Below, one piece after another: positions 1-9,318 of a stretch of DNA of 64,000 bases. Origin of the DNA: an uncultured Ruminococcus sp. (lineage in GTDB: Bacteria > Bacillota > Clostridia > Oscillospirales > Ruminococcaceae); assembly GCA_964540575.1 (NCBI GenBank), contig CAZINI010000010.1:42-64041 (forward strand), read 5' to 3'. The position numbers were made by a program, and so were the translations under genes. The notes under the pieces were generated by a model that was not told the origin of the DNA, ran no database searches, and was given only the letters and a program-made list of their open reading frames with translations. The number at the start of each line of letters is the position of its first letter. Position 1 is the first letter of the stretch.

Positions 1-100
1 AGTACGCACTAATTTATATTATAGCACATTATCTGAATATTCGGCACAAATAATGTGAAGATTTGTTAAAATTTCAGTTAATTTCAAGGGAGGGATAGCA

Positions 101-1609
101 GTGAAGCTTCATTTTACAAAATATTTCTCCCTCTTTTCGGGCATAGCCCTTGCGGCTTCCTTTACATTCAGCGGCTGGAACCTGCTTTGCTTTGCTGCAC
201 TTATCCCGATGATGCTGCGGATATACGGCTGCGGCTCGTCACGGGAGCTTCGGCGGGAAACGCTGCTGTTCTCATACGGCTACTATATGCCGCTGCTTTC
301 GTGGATATACGGCATTTATGGTATGCTGCCCTTTTCGGACGGGATAAACGCTTTTCTGCTGGTGCTGCTGACGGCGATACTGCCTGCGTTGTTCGGACTG
401 ATTATGTTTGCGGCAACGGCGGTGTTTATCCGAGTGAAACAGTCCGATTTATGGGACAGTGCCAGATATGCACTGCTTTTTTGTTTCGGGGAATTTCTTA
501 TGGAGATAGTCCCCGGGTTTTCCTTTCCGTGGGGGCGTGTCGGGACGATAACTGCGGTGTTTACGCCGTTTATACAGTCGGCGTCGCTGTTCGGGGGATT
601 GTTTTTGAGCTTTCTTGTTCTGCTGATAAACGGTGCGGCGGCTTATCTCATCGCCAACAGAAAGCGTATAAACAGGGAAATGATAAGCGGTACAGTCCTC
701 ATTATATGCGGTATTTCACTGAATATTTCCTATGGATATTTGCGGATAAATCGTTATGACTATGCCGCCGAGAAGAAAACGGAGGTCATTCTAGTTCAGG
801 GGAATTTTTCGGGACGGCAGAAGTGGTCATCACCGCCCGACAAAATGACCGAAAAATATATCGGCTTATCCGAGTGTGCTTATACCGATAATACACGGCT
901 TATCGTTTTTCCCGAAACAGCTGTGGCAGGCTTTCTTGACTATGACGAATATCTCACCGTGGGACTGAAAAAACTCGCCCGAAACAGCGGCTCTGTGCTT
1001 GTCACGGGGATAAACTGTCGGGTCGGGGGCGATCGTTACAATTCAGCGGCGGCGTTCGAGCCTGACGGGAATATCTCAAAGCCGTATTTCAAGCAGCGGC
1101 TGGTACCCTTCGGTGAATATCTTCCGCTGGTGCCCGATTCGGCTGTTAAGGGCTACAGCGGCTATTCGGCGGGAATGGTTTCGCTGCCTCTGGAAACCTC
1201 CGCAGGCAGCGTGGGGACGGTCATCTGCTATGAATCGGTATACCCGGGAATATCCCGAAAAACCGTCAGGAACGGTGCAGAGCTTATTGCCGTCATCACC
1301 AACGACTCCTGGTTTGACAACACCCGTGCCTTAGATCAGCACCTTGCACATGCCGTTCTGAGGGCGGTGGAGAATGACCGCTGGGTGGTCAGGGCGGCGA
1401 ATACGGCGGTAACGGCGGTCATATCTCCCACAGGCGAGATAACAGCAGAAGCCCCGCCTTACATTCCCTGTGCACTTCGGTCGCAGGCGGGAATGAAAAG
1501 GGGGCTTTCGGTTTACGGCATATTCGGGGACATTATCATTATCCCCGCACTTTGGCTGACAGCTTCGGGGCTGGGGGAGAAAAAACGGTCAGAAAACGTT
1601 GTACCATAA
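101..1609 (+). CDS. lnt: apolipoprotein N-acyltransferase (CN-hydrolase family)
   Basis: 502-aa ORF with a GTG start behind AAGGGAGGG. Multi-TM N-terminal half, then a CN-hydrolase domain with the E/K/C triad contexts VFPETAV, KQRLVPFGEY, VICYESVY and NDSWF. Confidence 0.85.
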   Translation: MKLHFTKYFSLFSGIALAASFTFSGWNLLCFAALIPMMLRIYGCGSSRELRRETLLFSYGYYMPLLSWIYGIYGMLPFSDGINAFLLVLLTAILPALFGLIMFAATAVFIRVKQSDLWDSARYALLFCFGEFLMEIVPGFSFPWGRVGTITAVFTPFIQSASLFGGLFLSFLVLLINGAAAYLIANRKRINREMISGTVLIICGISLNISYGYLRINRYDYAAEKKTEVILVQGNFSGRQKWSSPPDKMTEKYIGLSECAYTDNTRLIVFPETAVAGFLDYDEYLTVGLKKLARNSGSVLVTGINCRVGGDRYNSAAAFEPDGNISKPYFKQRLVPFGEYLPLVPDSAVKGYSGYSAGMVSLPLETSAGSVGTVICYESVYPGISRKTVRNGAELIAVITNDSWFDNTRALDQHLAHAVLRAVENDRWVVRAANTAVTAVISPTGEITAEAPPYIPCALRSQAGMKRGLSVYGIFGDIIIIPALWLTASGLGEKKRSENVVP

Positions 1610-1966
1610 TGGTATCTCCGCTCCGTAAAGCCTGTCGATACGCTTTGAAAGGCTTTTTATCTCCGACTCGGTTTCCTCCGCTTGTATTTTTATCAGCGGG
1701 AGAAGCTTTGCAAAGGAGCTGTTTATCTCTTCAAGCCTGTCCAGATCAACAATGACGGAAGCGGTGCGGCAGAATTTGTTCCAGTCGGCATATATCATAT
1801 CCGCCTTTCGGTATGCTTCGTCGTATCTTTCAAGCTCATACAGCCGTGAAATATCCTCCAGATTATCCGTGAAATATGCAGTGCGGTTTTTCAGCATATT
1901 CAGCGTAAGAAATGACGAAATGCAGATGCAGAGCAGCAGTCCCGCACAGAGAATTATCCGTTTCAT
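1589..1966 (-). CDS. DUF4363-like small secreted/membrane-anchored protein
   Basis: 125-aa ORF with an N-terminal signal/anchor (MKRIILCAGLLLCICISS). Its start overlaps the stop of the upstream DUF421 gene, a pairing I recall from Clostridia. Convergent 21-nt overlap with the lnt 3' end. Confidence 0.5.
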   Translation of the reverse strand: MKRIILCAGLLLCICISSFLTLNMLKNRTAYFTDNLEDISRLYELERYDEAYRKADMIYADWNKFCRTASVIVDLDRLEEINSSFAKLLPLIKIQAEETESEIKSLSKRIDRLYGAEIPLWYNVF

Positions 1967-2640
1967 ACAGCACGCTCCTTTTTAACTATCCTGAATGTTC
2001 CGTCCGATTTAACGGACATAAGAAAAATATCGGAGATTTTCAGCCGTTTGCCCGACAATATTTCTGAAAACCGCTTTTCCGTGATCGAGGAGCGGTTCAG
2101 GGCTTCGGGGATAAGGATACCGTCCTGAACGATTATCACGGGGGGATCTTCGGGATTTGCATTTGCACCCACATCTCCTTTTTCTGCCGCCTGATACTTG
2201 GTTTTCTCATATACGGACAATGCACCGGTAGTTTCCACCACCGCAAACTGCACCTCCGATATGTCGAATATGCCGTAGGAACGCAGAGCCTCCATCAGGT
2301 CGTCTATGGTATATCGAAGCTCCTTCAGCTTCTTTTGGTCGATAACTCCGCCGCTTATGACGATAACAGGCTTTCCGCACAGTATTCGGCGGACACGCCA
2401 GCTGTGCAGCGACCAGAAGCCCACTAGCACGTCCATGGCGGCAAGGGTGAATATGGGGACAAGCCCCGTTATCAGCGGGATAGATGGATCCTCAACGGGC
2501 AGTGTTGCTATATTCGATATGAGGATAGTTATGGCAAGCTCCGAGGGCTGCAGCTCGCCTATCTGACGCTTTCCCATAAGCCGCACCGCCGCAATCACCG
2601 CAGCGTACAGAATTGCTGCCCTGATAAATACTATGGACAT
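1963..2640 (-). CDS. DUF421 (YetF-family) membrane protein
   Basis: 225-aa ORF. N-terminal TM helices (AAILYAAVIAAVRLMGKRQIGELQPSELA) then a soluble C-terminal domain, the typical YetF/DUF421 layout. Confidence 0.7.
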   Translation of the reverse strand: MSIVFIRAAILYAAVIAAVRLMGKRQIGELQPSELAITILISNIATLPVEDPSIPLITGLVPIFTLAAMDVLVGFWSLHSWRVRRILCGKPVIVISGGVIDQKKLKELRYTIDDLMEALRSYGIFDISEVQFAVVETTGALSVYEKTKYQAAEKGDVGANANPEDPPVIIVQDGILIPEALNRSSITEKRFSEILSGKRLKISDIFLMSVKSDGTFRIVKKERAV

Positions 2641-2782
2641 TTGCTTTCATCTCCGTTTTTTGGAGATATTATCTGCATTTTTTCGGGAAATATTCAATAA
2701 GTGTTTAATGTTGAGTGTTGAGTTATGAATTTAATGTGGAGAGAGAAAAGTGGAATTATAGCAATCCATAAAAATAGCATTA

Positions 2783-2874
2783 TTGTAGGGGCGGGGTTTC
2801 CCCGCCCGCAGATTTCAAAAGTTCTTTCGGTAACTGCGGGACGGGAAACCAAAGCTATGCTTTTTCCCCTACAA
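2783..2874. repeat. long imperfect GC-rich hairpin (REP-like intergenic element)
   Basis: TTGTAGGGG (2783-2791) pairs with CCCCTACAA (2866-2874). Inside are the GCGGGGTTTCCCCGC mini-palindrome and CCGCCCGCAG / CTGCGGGACGG arms. The 60-aa ORF 2725-2907 is probably just a read-through of this structure. Confidence 0.4.
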
Positions 2875-2950
2875 GCCCTGTCAGGATATTTTTATGTACC
2901 GCTATAGTATTTCAATTAACTGCCGCAGTCGTATTAATCAGCGGCTCCTT

Positions 2951-2992
2951 CAAAATAAAAAATAGCCGTACGGCTGATGCCGAACGGCTTGA
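2951..2992 (-). terminator. rho-independent terminator downstream of tcdA
   Basis: On the minus strand, GC hairpins (GCCGTTCGGC and AGCCGTACGGCT) are followed by ATTTTTTATTTT immediately after the tcdA stop. Confidence 0.5.
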
Positions 2993-2998
2993 AAAATG

Positions 2999-3712
2999 TC
3001 AATTTATTCCCGAAATATCCCTGATAACTTCGCCTGCTATCATAAGCCCCGCACAGGAGGGGACAAAGCTTACCGAGCCGACGTGTCTGCCCTTGCCGCT
3101 TTCGTCCTCACATTCGCCCATATGGGGGACTGCTTTTTCTTCGGAAAACAGCACCTTGAGATGATCGATCCCACGTTTGCGAAGCTCATATCGCATGACC
3201 TTTGCAAGGGGACAGGTGTGCGTTTTGGAAATGTCGGTTATTTTCAGCTTATCGGGATAAAGCTTGTTTCCCGTTCCCATTGATGAAATGATAGGTATGT
3301 CCAGCCGAACCGCCTCCGATGCAAGAAACAGCTTAGAGGGGACGGAATCTATGGCGTCAACGATATAGTCATATTCCGAAAGGTCAATTTCGGCGGCGTT
3401 TTCCTCCGAATAAAACATTGTGTACAGCTTCACCTGACAGTCGGGATTTATATCCCCGATACGTTCGGCACAGACCTCTGTTTTGTATCTGCCGACGGTG
3501 CTGTGCAGGGCAATAAGCTGGCGGTTTATATTGGTGACGGAAACGGTGTCATTATCCGCAATGCCTATTTTTCCGATGCCGCCCCGTGCAAGGGCTTCAA
3601 TAACATACGAGCCGACGCCGCCCGCTCCGAATACCATTACAGCGGAGTCGGACAGCTTTTTTTGCTTGTCGCTGCCTATCAGCATTCTCATTCTTGAAAA
3701 TTCATCAGCCAT
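2999..3712 (-). CDS. tcdA: tRNA threonylcarbamoyladenosine dehydratase (ThiF/E1-like family)
   Basis: 237-aa ORF with the Rossmann motif VFGAGGVGS and NRQ, plus TcdA/CsdL-like length and layout. Confidence 0.75.
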   Translation of the reverse strand: MADEFSRMRMLIGSDKQKKLSDSAVMVFGAGGVGSYVIEALARGGIGKIGIADNDTVSVTNINRQLIALHSTVGRYKTEVCAERIGDINPDCQVKLYTMFYSEENAAEIDLSEYDYIVDAIDSVPSKLFLASEAVRLDIPIISSMGTGNKLYPDKLKITDISKTHTCPLAKVMRYELRKRGIDHLKVLFSEEKAVPHMGECEDESGKGRHVGSVSFVPSCAGLMIAGEVIRDISGIN

Positions 3713-3722
3713 TTATCAGACC

Positions 3723-4829
3723 TCACAAAATAATATAGTATGCAAATAATCCGAGGATTATCAGCATTGAAAAGTTCAGCAGGGAAAATTTCAGCAGATA
3801 GGAAAACGGCTTTGCACCCTCCGTTCTGCAATAAAATTTATAGGAAATAAGGCTTGCAAGGGACGCAATGATAGTTCCCAGACCGCCTATGTTCGTGCCG
3901 AGGATAAGTGCGTCGCCCCTGTCCGTAAAGCCCGACAGCATCATCGCTGCGGGGACGTTTGAGATGACCTGCGAAAGCAGCAGCGAGGAGAGAAACTCTC
4001 TGTCCCTGATAAACTCGGACATAAAGCTGCTCACTTCGTCTATCCGCTTGATATTTCCCACAAAAACGAAGAAAAAAGCAAAGGTAAGCAGCAGCGAATA
4101 ATCCGCTTTTGTAAACAGCTCAGTTTCCGTTATGAAGATGACTATACACACCGACATAAAGGTGGTGAACGTGTCCAGAATGCCGAAAACAGACAGTATG
4201 CACAGGACAAAAAGTATGCCGTAAAGTACAAGATAGGGCTTATGTTTAAGTGAAGCAGGCTCTCTGCCCGACGGTTCAAAATCCTCATTTTCCAAGAGAA
4301 AAACGGGGATTATTGTTAGAAAAAGTCCCAGCAGGGAAATGGGGAGCGTCAGTCGGAAAAATTCTCCCGCAGCCATATCAAATGCCGAAAACAGAAACAA
4401 ATTCTGCGGATTTCCGAAGGGTGTCGCCATACTTCCGATATTCGCCGCAGCGGTCTGCAATATCAGCACGAACGGTATATAATGGGGCATTGAGGCAAGT
4501 GTCATTATGGTAAACGGCACGATGGTTATCAGTGCAACATCGTTGGTTATCAGCATTGACATAAAGAACGCCGCAGCAACCAGCACAGCCGAAAGCGTTC
4601 TCGCACTGTGCACCTTTGACACCAGCTTTTCCGAAACAAGCTGAAGAAGCCCATTCTCGGCAAAGCCCGAAATTATCAGCATAAAGCAGAAAAGCACTGC
4701 CATCATATCCGTGTCCAGCATTTCAAGAAGATTGCCGCCTTTTGGGGCGATGATGCAGGATATGAAGGCGAGTATTCCCGAGATCCACAGAACAGGCTCG
4801 GCTTTGAATGATTCTATCAGCTTTTTCAT
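3723..4829 (-). CDS. anion permease, ArsB/NhaD (citrate-transporter-like) superfamily
   Basis: 368-aa polytopic membrane ORF with about 10 TM segments and GNPQN-type motif (ATPFGNPQNLF). Confidence 0.6.
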   Translation of the reverse strand: MKKLIESFKAEPVLWISGILAFISCIIAPKGGNLLEMLDTDMMAVLFCFMLIISGFAENGLLQLVSEKLVSKVHSARTLSAVLVAAAFFMSMLITNDVALITIVPFTIMTLASMPHYIPFVLILQTAAANIGSMATPFGNPQNLFLFSAFDMAAGEFFRLTLPISLLGLFLTIIPVFLLENEDFEPSGREPASLKHKPYLVLYGILFVLCILSVFGILDTFTTFMSVCIVIFITETELFTKADYSLLLTFAFFFVFVGNIKRIDEVSSFMSEFIRDREFLSSLLLSQVISNVPAAMMLSGFTDRGDALILGTNIGGLGTIIASLASLISYKFYCRTEGAKPFSYLLKFSLLNFSMLIILGLFAYYIIL

Positions 4830-5734
4830 AAAACAGTTATCCCCAGAAGGTCGATGAGAAGTCCCGAAAATGTTCCCACAAGGTACAGCACGGCGGTGAT
4901 GAAAATGTTCTCACCAACGCTTTTATTGGACCTGTAAAGCACGGCAAGTCCCACGCCCGCACCCGTAGACAGCCCCGCAACAGCAGAGCCTGTGGTTATT
5001 CCTCCCTGAACGAAAAGCTCGGTAATTACCACCGATGCGGCACAATTGGGTATCATTCCCACCAATCCCGCAACAAAGGGCTGGAACACACGTATTCCCG
5101 AAAGAAATTCAGAGAAGCGTTCTTCGCCCACAAAGGAAATTATTCCATTCAGAAGGATATTCACCAGAAGTATGAATATAAAAATATTCAGCGTATGACG
5201 GAAGGCACTGTAAAAAATGCCGTGCTCGCCGCAGCCGCAGTCGGAGCAGAATTCCTCAAAGGGTTCATCACGGCGTTTTCGCTTGAAAAGCTTAAGGCAG
5301 AGGTCTAACAGAAGCCCTGCAATGATGGCGATTATCACCTTTATAAGCAGCAGCTTCCAAATTGCCCCCACCTTGTCGGGGTGGGCGAGCAGAACGGGAA
5401 CAGCTTCGTCCGAGGTGGAGAGAAACACCGCAAGCAGCGTTCCTGCGGTGATAAGCTCGCCTGCATAGAGGTTTGACGCCGCAACCGAAAATCCGCACTG
5501 CGGTATACAGCCGATAAGTGCACCGCCGACAGAGCCGAAGCCGCCCATTTTTTTCAGGGCGTTTGCCAGCTTATCTCCTGCCTTATGCTCGAAATATTCC
5601 ATAAACAGGAATGCCGCAAACAGAAAGGGCAGCATTTTCAGAGAATCAAGCAGAGCATCTGTCAGTATTTCCAAAATTTCAAATGATTGCTCTGCATGAC
5701 CATGAAAGGTGCCTGTATATCCAATAAATTCCAT
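4826..5734 (-). CDS. putative 10-TM metal exporter (ArsP_2 / putative Mn transporter family)
   Basis: 302-aa membrane ORF with two GxIPxCG-type motifs (GCIPQCGFS, GMIPNCAAS) and a Cys/His-rich loop (CSDCGCGEHG). 4-nt overlap with the downstream permease gene. Confidence 0.5.
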   Translation of the reverse strand: MEFIGYTGTFHGHAEQSFEILEILTDALLDSLKMLPFLFAAFLFMEYFEHKAGDKLANALKKMGGFGSVGGALIGCIPQCGFSVAASNLYAGELITAGTLLAVFLSTSDEAVPVLLAHPDKVGAIWKLLLIKVIIAIIAGLLLDLCLKLFKRKRRDEPFEEFCSDCGCGEHGIFYSAFRHTLNIFIFILLVNILLNGIISFVGEERFSEFLSGIRVFQPFVAGLVGMIPNCAASVVITELFVQGGITTGSAVAGLSTGAGVGLAVLYRSNKSVGENIFITAVLYLVGTFSGLLIDLLGITVL

Positions 5735-5979
5735 ATGTTACTCCTTAAAAACGTGTGTGATTGGCGGATTTTTTACCGCATTAAAATATTATAGCATATA
5801 TCCACATTTTTTTCAAGGATTTATTCAAAATTTTCTGCTTGCTTTTTTGGTCGAAATGTGGCATAATATACTGTGAACTATTTTCAATTAAATGGAAAAA
5901 TTCATAAAAATATTGACATTACTAAACGGCAGATACAATGTGGCATTTATCGAAATATTTAAAGGAATGGGGAAAGAGA

Positions 5980-7512
5980 ATGGCTCATCAGTTAGTTATA
6001 GTTCTTGACTTCGGCGGACAGTACAATCAGCTTATCGCACGGCGTGTCAGAGAGTGCGGCGTTTACTGCGAGGTGCATTCGTACAAGACACCTATCAGCA
6101 AGCTTCGTGAAATGAATCCTGTGGGAATCATCTTTACGGGCGGTCCCAACAGTGCTTATCTGGAAACTTCACCTACGGTTTCCAAGGAAATTTTTGAGCT
6201 GGGAGTGCCTGTTCTGGGACTTTGCTATGGCTGCCAGCTTATTGCTCATCTTTGCGGCGGAAAGGTTTCCACTGCTATTACAAGCGAATACGGAAAGACG
6301 GAAACTGTTTATGATACTTCGTCTTTGCTTTTCAAGGGACTTCCCGAGAAAAATATCTCCTGGATGAGTCATACGGATTATATTGAAAAAATACCCGAGG
6401 GCTTCAAAAATGTTGCTTACACGGAAAATTGTCCCACGGCGGCAATGGAATGTCCCGAGCGTAAGCTTTACGGCATTCAGTTCCACCCCGAGGTAAATCA
6501 CACCGTTGACGGAACAAAAATGCTCCATAATTTCCTTTATGAAATATGCGGCTGCAAGGGCGACTGGTCTATGGGCGAGTACGCTCAGACGGCGATAAAG
6601 TCTATCCGTGAAAAAGTCGGCGACGGAAAGGTGCTGCTGGCACTTTCGGGCGGCGTGGATTCTTCCGTTGCGGCGGCTTTGCTGTCCAAGGCGGTGGGAG
6701 ATAAGCTTACCTGCATTTTCGTTGACCACGGATTTATGCGGAAAAACGAGGGCGACGAGGTCGAGGCAGCATTCAAGGACTGGGACATTAACTTTGTCAG
6801 GGTAAATGCCAAGGAGCAGTTTATGTCCAAACTGAGAGGCGTTTCCGACCCCGAAACAAAGAGGAAAACTATCGGCGAGGAGTTTATCCGAGTATTTGAA
6901 CAGGAAGCTAAGAAGATAGGAAAGGTTGATTTCCTTGTTCAGGGAACTATTTATCCCGACATTATCGAAAGCGGAGCAGGGGACGCTGCTGTTATCAAGT
7001 CCCACCACAACGTTGGCGGTCTGCCCGATTATGTGGATTTCAAGGAGATAATCGAGCCGCTCAGACTGCTGTTCAAGGACGAGGTGAGAAAGTTGGGCGA
7101 GGAGCTGGGACTGTCCCCCGTGCTGGTATGGCGTCAGCCGTTCCCCGGACCGGGACTTGCTATCAGAATTATCGGCGAGATAACCGATGAAAAGCTGGAA
7201 ATTCTCCAGGACGCTGACTGGATTTTCCGTGAGGAAATTGCAAAGGCAGGGCTGGACAAGTCCGTTAATCAGTATTTTGCAGTCCTCACCAACAACCGTT
7301 CCGTCGGCGTTATGGGCGACGGCAGAACTTACGATTACACCCTTGCACTGAGAGCTGTTACCACCACCGACTTTATGACTGCCGATTTTGCCCGCATTCC
7401 TTATGACGTTCTTGAAACTGCGTCAAGCCGTATCGTCAACGAGGTGAAGTCGATAAACAGAATTGTTTATGACGTTACTACTAAGCCGCCTGCTACTATT
7501 GAGTGGGAATAA
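5980..7512 (+). CDS. guaA: GMP synthase (glutamine-hydrolysing), full length
   Basis: GATase domain ([32 protein letters not shown]) plus ATP-PPase domain (SGGVDSS) plus a dimerisation C-terminus ending ATIEWE. ATG at 5980 behind GGAAAGAGA is preferred over the track start at 5938. Confidence 0.95.
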   Translation: MAHQLVIVLDFGGQYNQLIARRVRECGVYCEVHSYKTPISKLREMNPVGIIFTGGPNSAYLETSPTVSKEIFELGVPVLGLCYGCQLIAHLCGGKVSTAITSEYGKTETVYDTSSLLFKGLPEKNISWMSHTDYIEKIPEGFKNVAYTENCPTAAMECPERKLYGIQFHPEVNHTVDGTKMLHNFLYEICGCKGDWSMGEYAQTAIKSIREKVGDGKVLLALSGGVDSSVAAALLSKAVGDKLTCIFVDHGFMRKNEGDEVEAAFKDWDINFVRVNAKEQFMSKLRGVSDPETKRKTIGEEFIRVFEQEAKKIGKVDFLVQGTIYPDIIESGAGDAAVIKSHHNVGGLPDYVDFKEIIEPLRLLFKDEVRKLGEELGLSPVLVWRQPFPGPGLAIRIIGEITDEKLEILQDADWIFREEIAKAGLDKSVNQYFAVLTNNRSVGVMGDGRTYDYTLALRAVTTTDFMTADFARIPYDVLETASSRIVNEVKSINRIVYDVTTKPPATIEWE

Positions 7513-7537
7513 TTCTGTCCCCGAATAGAAAAAATAT

Positions 7538-7578
7538 ATCCCGAAAATCATGGAAAAAGATGATTTTCGGGATTTTTT
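7538..7578 (+). terminator. rho-independent terminator of guaA
   Basis: 13-bp stem ATCCCGAAAATCA / TGATTTTCGGGAT followed by TTTTT. Confidence 0.8.
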
Positions 7579-7589
7579 ATATTTAGCAC

Positions 7590-7618
7590 TTGAATAGTCT
7601 GTCGTATCATGCTATAAT
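7590..7618 (+). promoter_or_regulatory. sigma-A type promoter for the guaA-C paralog
   Basis: TTGAAT (7590-7595), 17-nt spacer, TATAAT (7613-7618). Confidence 0.55.
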
Positions 7619-7674
7619 ATAAATAGTTTTCAGGGAAACTACAATAATATGACATTCAAAAGGGAGAGGATCAA

Positions 7675-8652
7675 ATGAACAACACAAGACCCGATTCTAT
7701 GGAAAGAATCACCACCCCCGCACAGGCAGAAGCATTTATCGCCGAGCAGGTTGCGGAAATAAAAACACAGGTCGGCGACAAGAAGGTGCTGCTGGCACTT
7801 TCGGGCGGCGTTGACAGCTCAGTCGTTGCCGCACTTCTTATCAAGGCTATCGGAAAGCAGCTGGTTTGCGTTCACGTTAACCATGGTCTTATGAGAAAGG
7901 GCGAAAGCGAGCAGGTAATTGAAGTTTTCAAAAATCAGCTGGACGCAAATCTCATTTATATCGACGCAACCGACCGTTTTCTTGACCTGCTGGCAGGAGT
8001 TTCCGACCCCGAAACAAAACGTAAGATAATAGGCGGAGAGTTCATCAAGGTGTTTGACGAAGAAGCAAGAAAGCTGGAGGGCATTTCTTTCCTTGCACAG
8101 GGAACTATTTACCCCGATATTCTCGAAAGTGACGGCGTTAAGGCACACCATAATGTTGGCGGACTTCCCGAGGATATGCAGTTTGAGCTGGTAGAGCCTA
8201 TCCGTCTGCTGTTTAAGGACGAGGTAAGAGTTGTGGGACGTGCTCTGGGACTTCCCGCAAGCATGGTGGACAGACAGCCGTTCCCCGGTCCCGGACTTGG
8301 CGTAAGATGCCTTGGTGCTATCACCCGTGACAGGCTGAACGCTCTCCGTGAAGCTGACGCTATCCTCCGTGACGAGTTCGACAAGGCTGGGCTTACTCCC
8401 AAGGTTTGGCAGTTCTTCACAGTTGTTCCCGATTTCCGTTCAACGGGCGTTCGTGACGGCAAGCGTGCTTTTGACTGGCCTGTAATTATCCGTGCGGTAA
8501 ACACTGTTGATGCTATGACGGCAACCGTTCCCGAGATAGATTGGGCTGTTCTCAAGAAGATAACAGATAGGATTTTGGCGGAGGTTCCCGGAGTTTGCAG
8601 AGTTCTCTACGACCTCAGCCCCAAGCCCTCGGCTACTATTGAGTGGGAATAA
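7675..8652 (+). CDS. stand-alone GMP synthase ATP-pyrophosphatase/dimerisation domain (no GATase domain)
   Basis: 325-aa ORF that aligns by eye to the C-terminal two thirds of the adjacent guaA ([42 protein letters not shown]). It has its own promoter and RBS (GGGAGAGGA). Confidence 0.85.
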   Translation: MNNTRPDSMERITTPAQAEAFIAEQVAEIKTQVGDKKVLLALSGGVDSSVVAALLIKAIGKQLVCVHVNHGLMRKGESEQVIEVFKNQLDANLIYIDATDRFLDLLAGVSDPETKRKIIGGEFIKVFDEEARKLEGISFLAQGTIYPDILESDGVKAHHNVGGLPEDMQFELVEPIRLLFKDEVRVVGRALGLPASMVDRQPFPGPGLGVRCLGAITRDRLNALREADAILRDEFDKAGLTPKVWQFFTVVPDFRSTGVRDGKRAFDWPVIIRAVNTVDAMTATVPEIDWAVLKKITDRILAEVPGVCRVLYDLSPKPSATIEWE

Positions 8653-8676
8653 TTTTTATATTGATTTTGCTATAAA

Positions 8677-8716
8677 AAGAGAGCTGACCTTTTTGAATGG
8701 GTCAGCTCTTTTCGTT
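8677..8716. terminator. bidirectional terminator between convergent genes
   Basis: Stem AAGAGAGCTGACC / GGTCAGCTCTT flanked by A-run and T-run. Lies between the guaA-C paralog (+) and the GNAT gene (-). Confidence 0.7.
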
Positions 8717-9225
8717 TAAACAAGCTTCATCTCATACCCAAATTCTCTCAGCGTCAGCTCATCATCAATAATTTCATCATAAACCCCGTCTGCCTTCACA
8801 AAACCGTTCTTCTCATAAAGTCGTATTGCAGGCTTGTTTATGTCCACCACAAAAAGCCGCAGACTGTCCGCACCCTTTGATTTTGCGGTTTTCTCCGCTT
8901 TTTCAAGCATCAGACTGCCAATTCCATTCCGAAGATAGTTCACATTTACCCCGAAGCGGTCAAGGTACAGCGGACTTTTGGCGGGGAAGCTCCATTTCAC
9001 CGCATTTTCGCCCGAATTTGAGCCGCACAATGCAAATGCGGAAACTATCACGCCGTTTTCCGTCAGGAGATAAAGCTGCTCATTCTCTATATCCTCCTCG
9101 AAAAATTCACAGGGATATATATCGTCCCATATCGGAATATTATTACTGTTCATATTTTCGATAATTGCTTTAAATACCGACTTAAGCTGAGGCAGGTCGG
9201 TAAGCTTTGCTGTTCTGAATTCCAT
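8716..9225 (-). CDS. GNAT family N-acetyltransferase
   Basis: 169-aa ORF with the acetyl-CoA binding motif RNGIGSLMLEKAEKTAKSKG and a C-terminal YEKNGF. Confidence 0.8.
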   Translation of the reverse strand: MEFRTAKLTDLPQLKSVFKAIIENMNSNNIPIWDDIYPCEFFEEDIENEQLYLLTENGVIVSAFALCGSNSGENAVKWSFPAKSPLYLDRFGVNVNYLRNGIGSLMLEKAEKTAKSKGADSLRLFVVDINKPAIRLYEKNGFVKADGVYDEIIDDELTLREFGYEMKLV

Positions 9226-9250
9226 TTTTATCTCATTCCTTATAGGTATT

Positions 9251-9284
9251 CGGATAATAAAAAAGTGCCCAATAAAGGCACTTT
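9251..9284 (-). terminator. rho-independent terminator downstream of the tRNA 3' fragment
   Basis: Minus strand: stem AAAGTGCC / GGCACTTT followed by TTTTTTATT, 3 nt after the CCA end of the tRNA fragment. Confidence 0.6.
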
Positions 9285-9287
9285 AAC

Positions 9288-9318
9288 TGGTGGAGATAAG
9301 GGGATTCGAACCCGTGCC
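9288..9318 (-). other. 3'-terminal fragment of a tRNA gene (T-arm + acceptor + CCA); probable att repeat at the ICE left junction
   Basis: Reverse complement reads GGCACGGGTTCGAATCCCCTTATCTCCACCA, i.e. a GTTCGAATC T-loop, 7-nt acceptor strand, discriminator A and CCA. No D-arm or anticodon arm follows; the next bases are AT-rich element DNA. One T-stem mismatch suggests the crossover lies inside the fragment. Confidence 0.6.

Noticed and set aside
187-759. 190-aa alternative-frame ORF within lnt. Similar Arg/Ala-rich shadow ORFs occur at 8109-8555 and 5292-5498.
   Set aside because: These are out-of-frame overlaps with well-supported genes in the GC-richer chromosomal part. Their composition is typical of off-frame translation.
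5735-5979. Possible purine/guanine riboswitch upstream of guaA
   Set aside because: I could not find the conserved purine-riboswitch core (the paired loops and the U/C discriminator junction) in the leader. Only promoter-like elements are visible.
6169-7008. 279-aa antisense ORF inside guaA
   Set aside because: It lies entirely opposite an unambiguous, motif-rich guaA reading frame. It has no RBS or recognisable motif and is typical shadow-frame noise.
7141-7157. TTCCCCGGACCGGGACT in guaA (and TTCCCCGGTCCCGGACT at 8281-8297) resembles the ICE palindrome
   Set aside because: It encodes the universally conserved FPGPGL motif of GMP synthase. The right arm is CCGGGA, not GGGGAA, and the flanks lack AATT. 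The similarity is coincidental.
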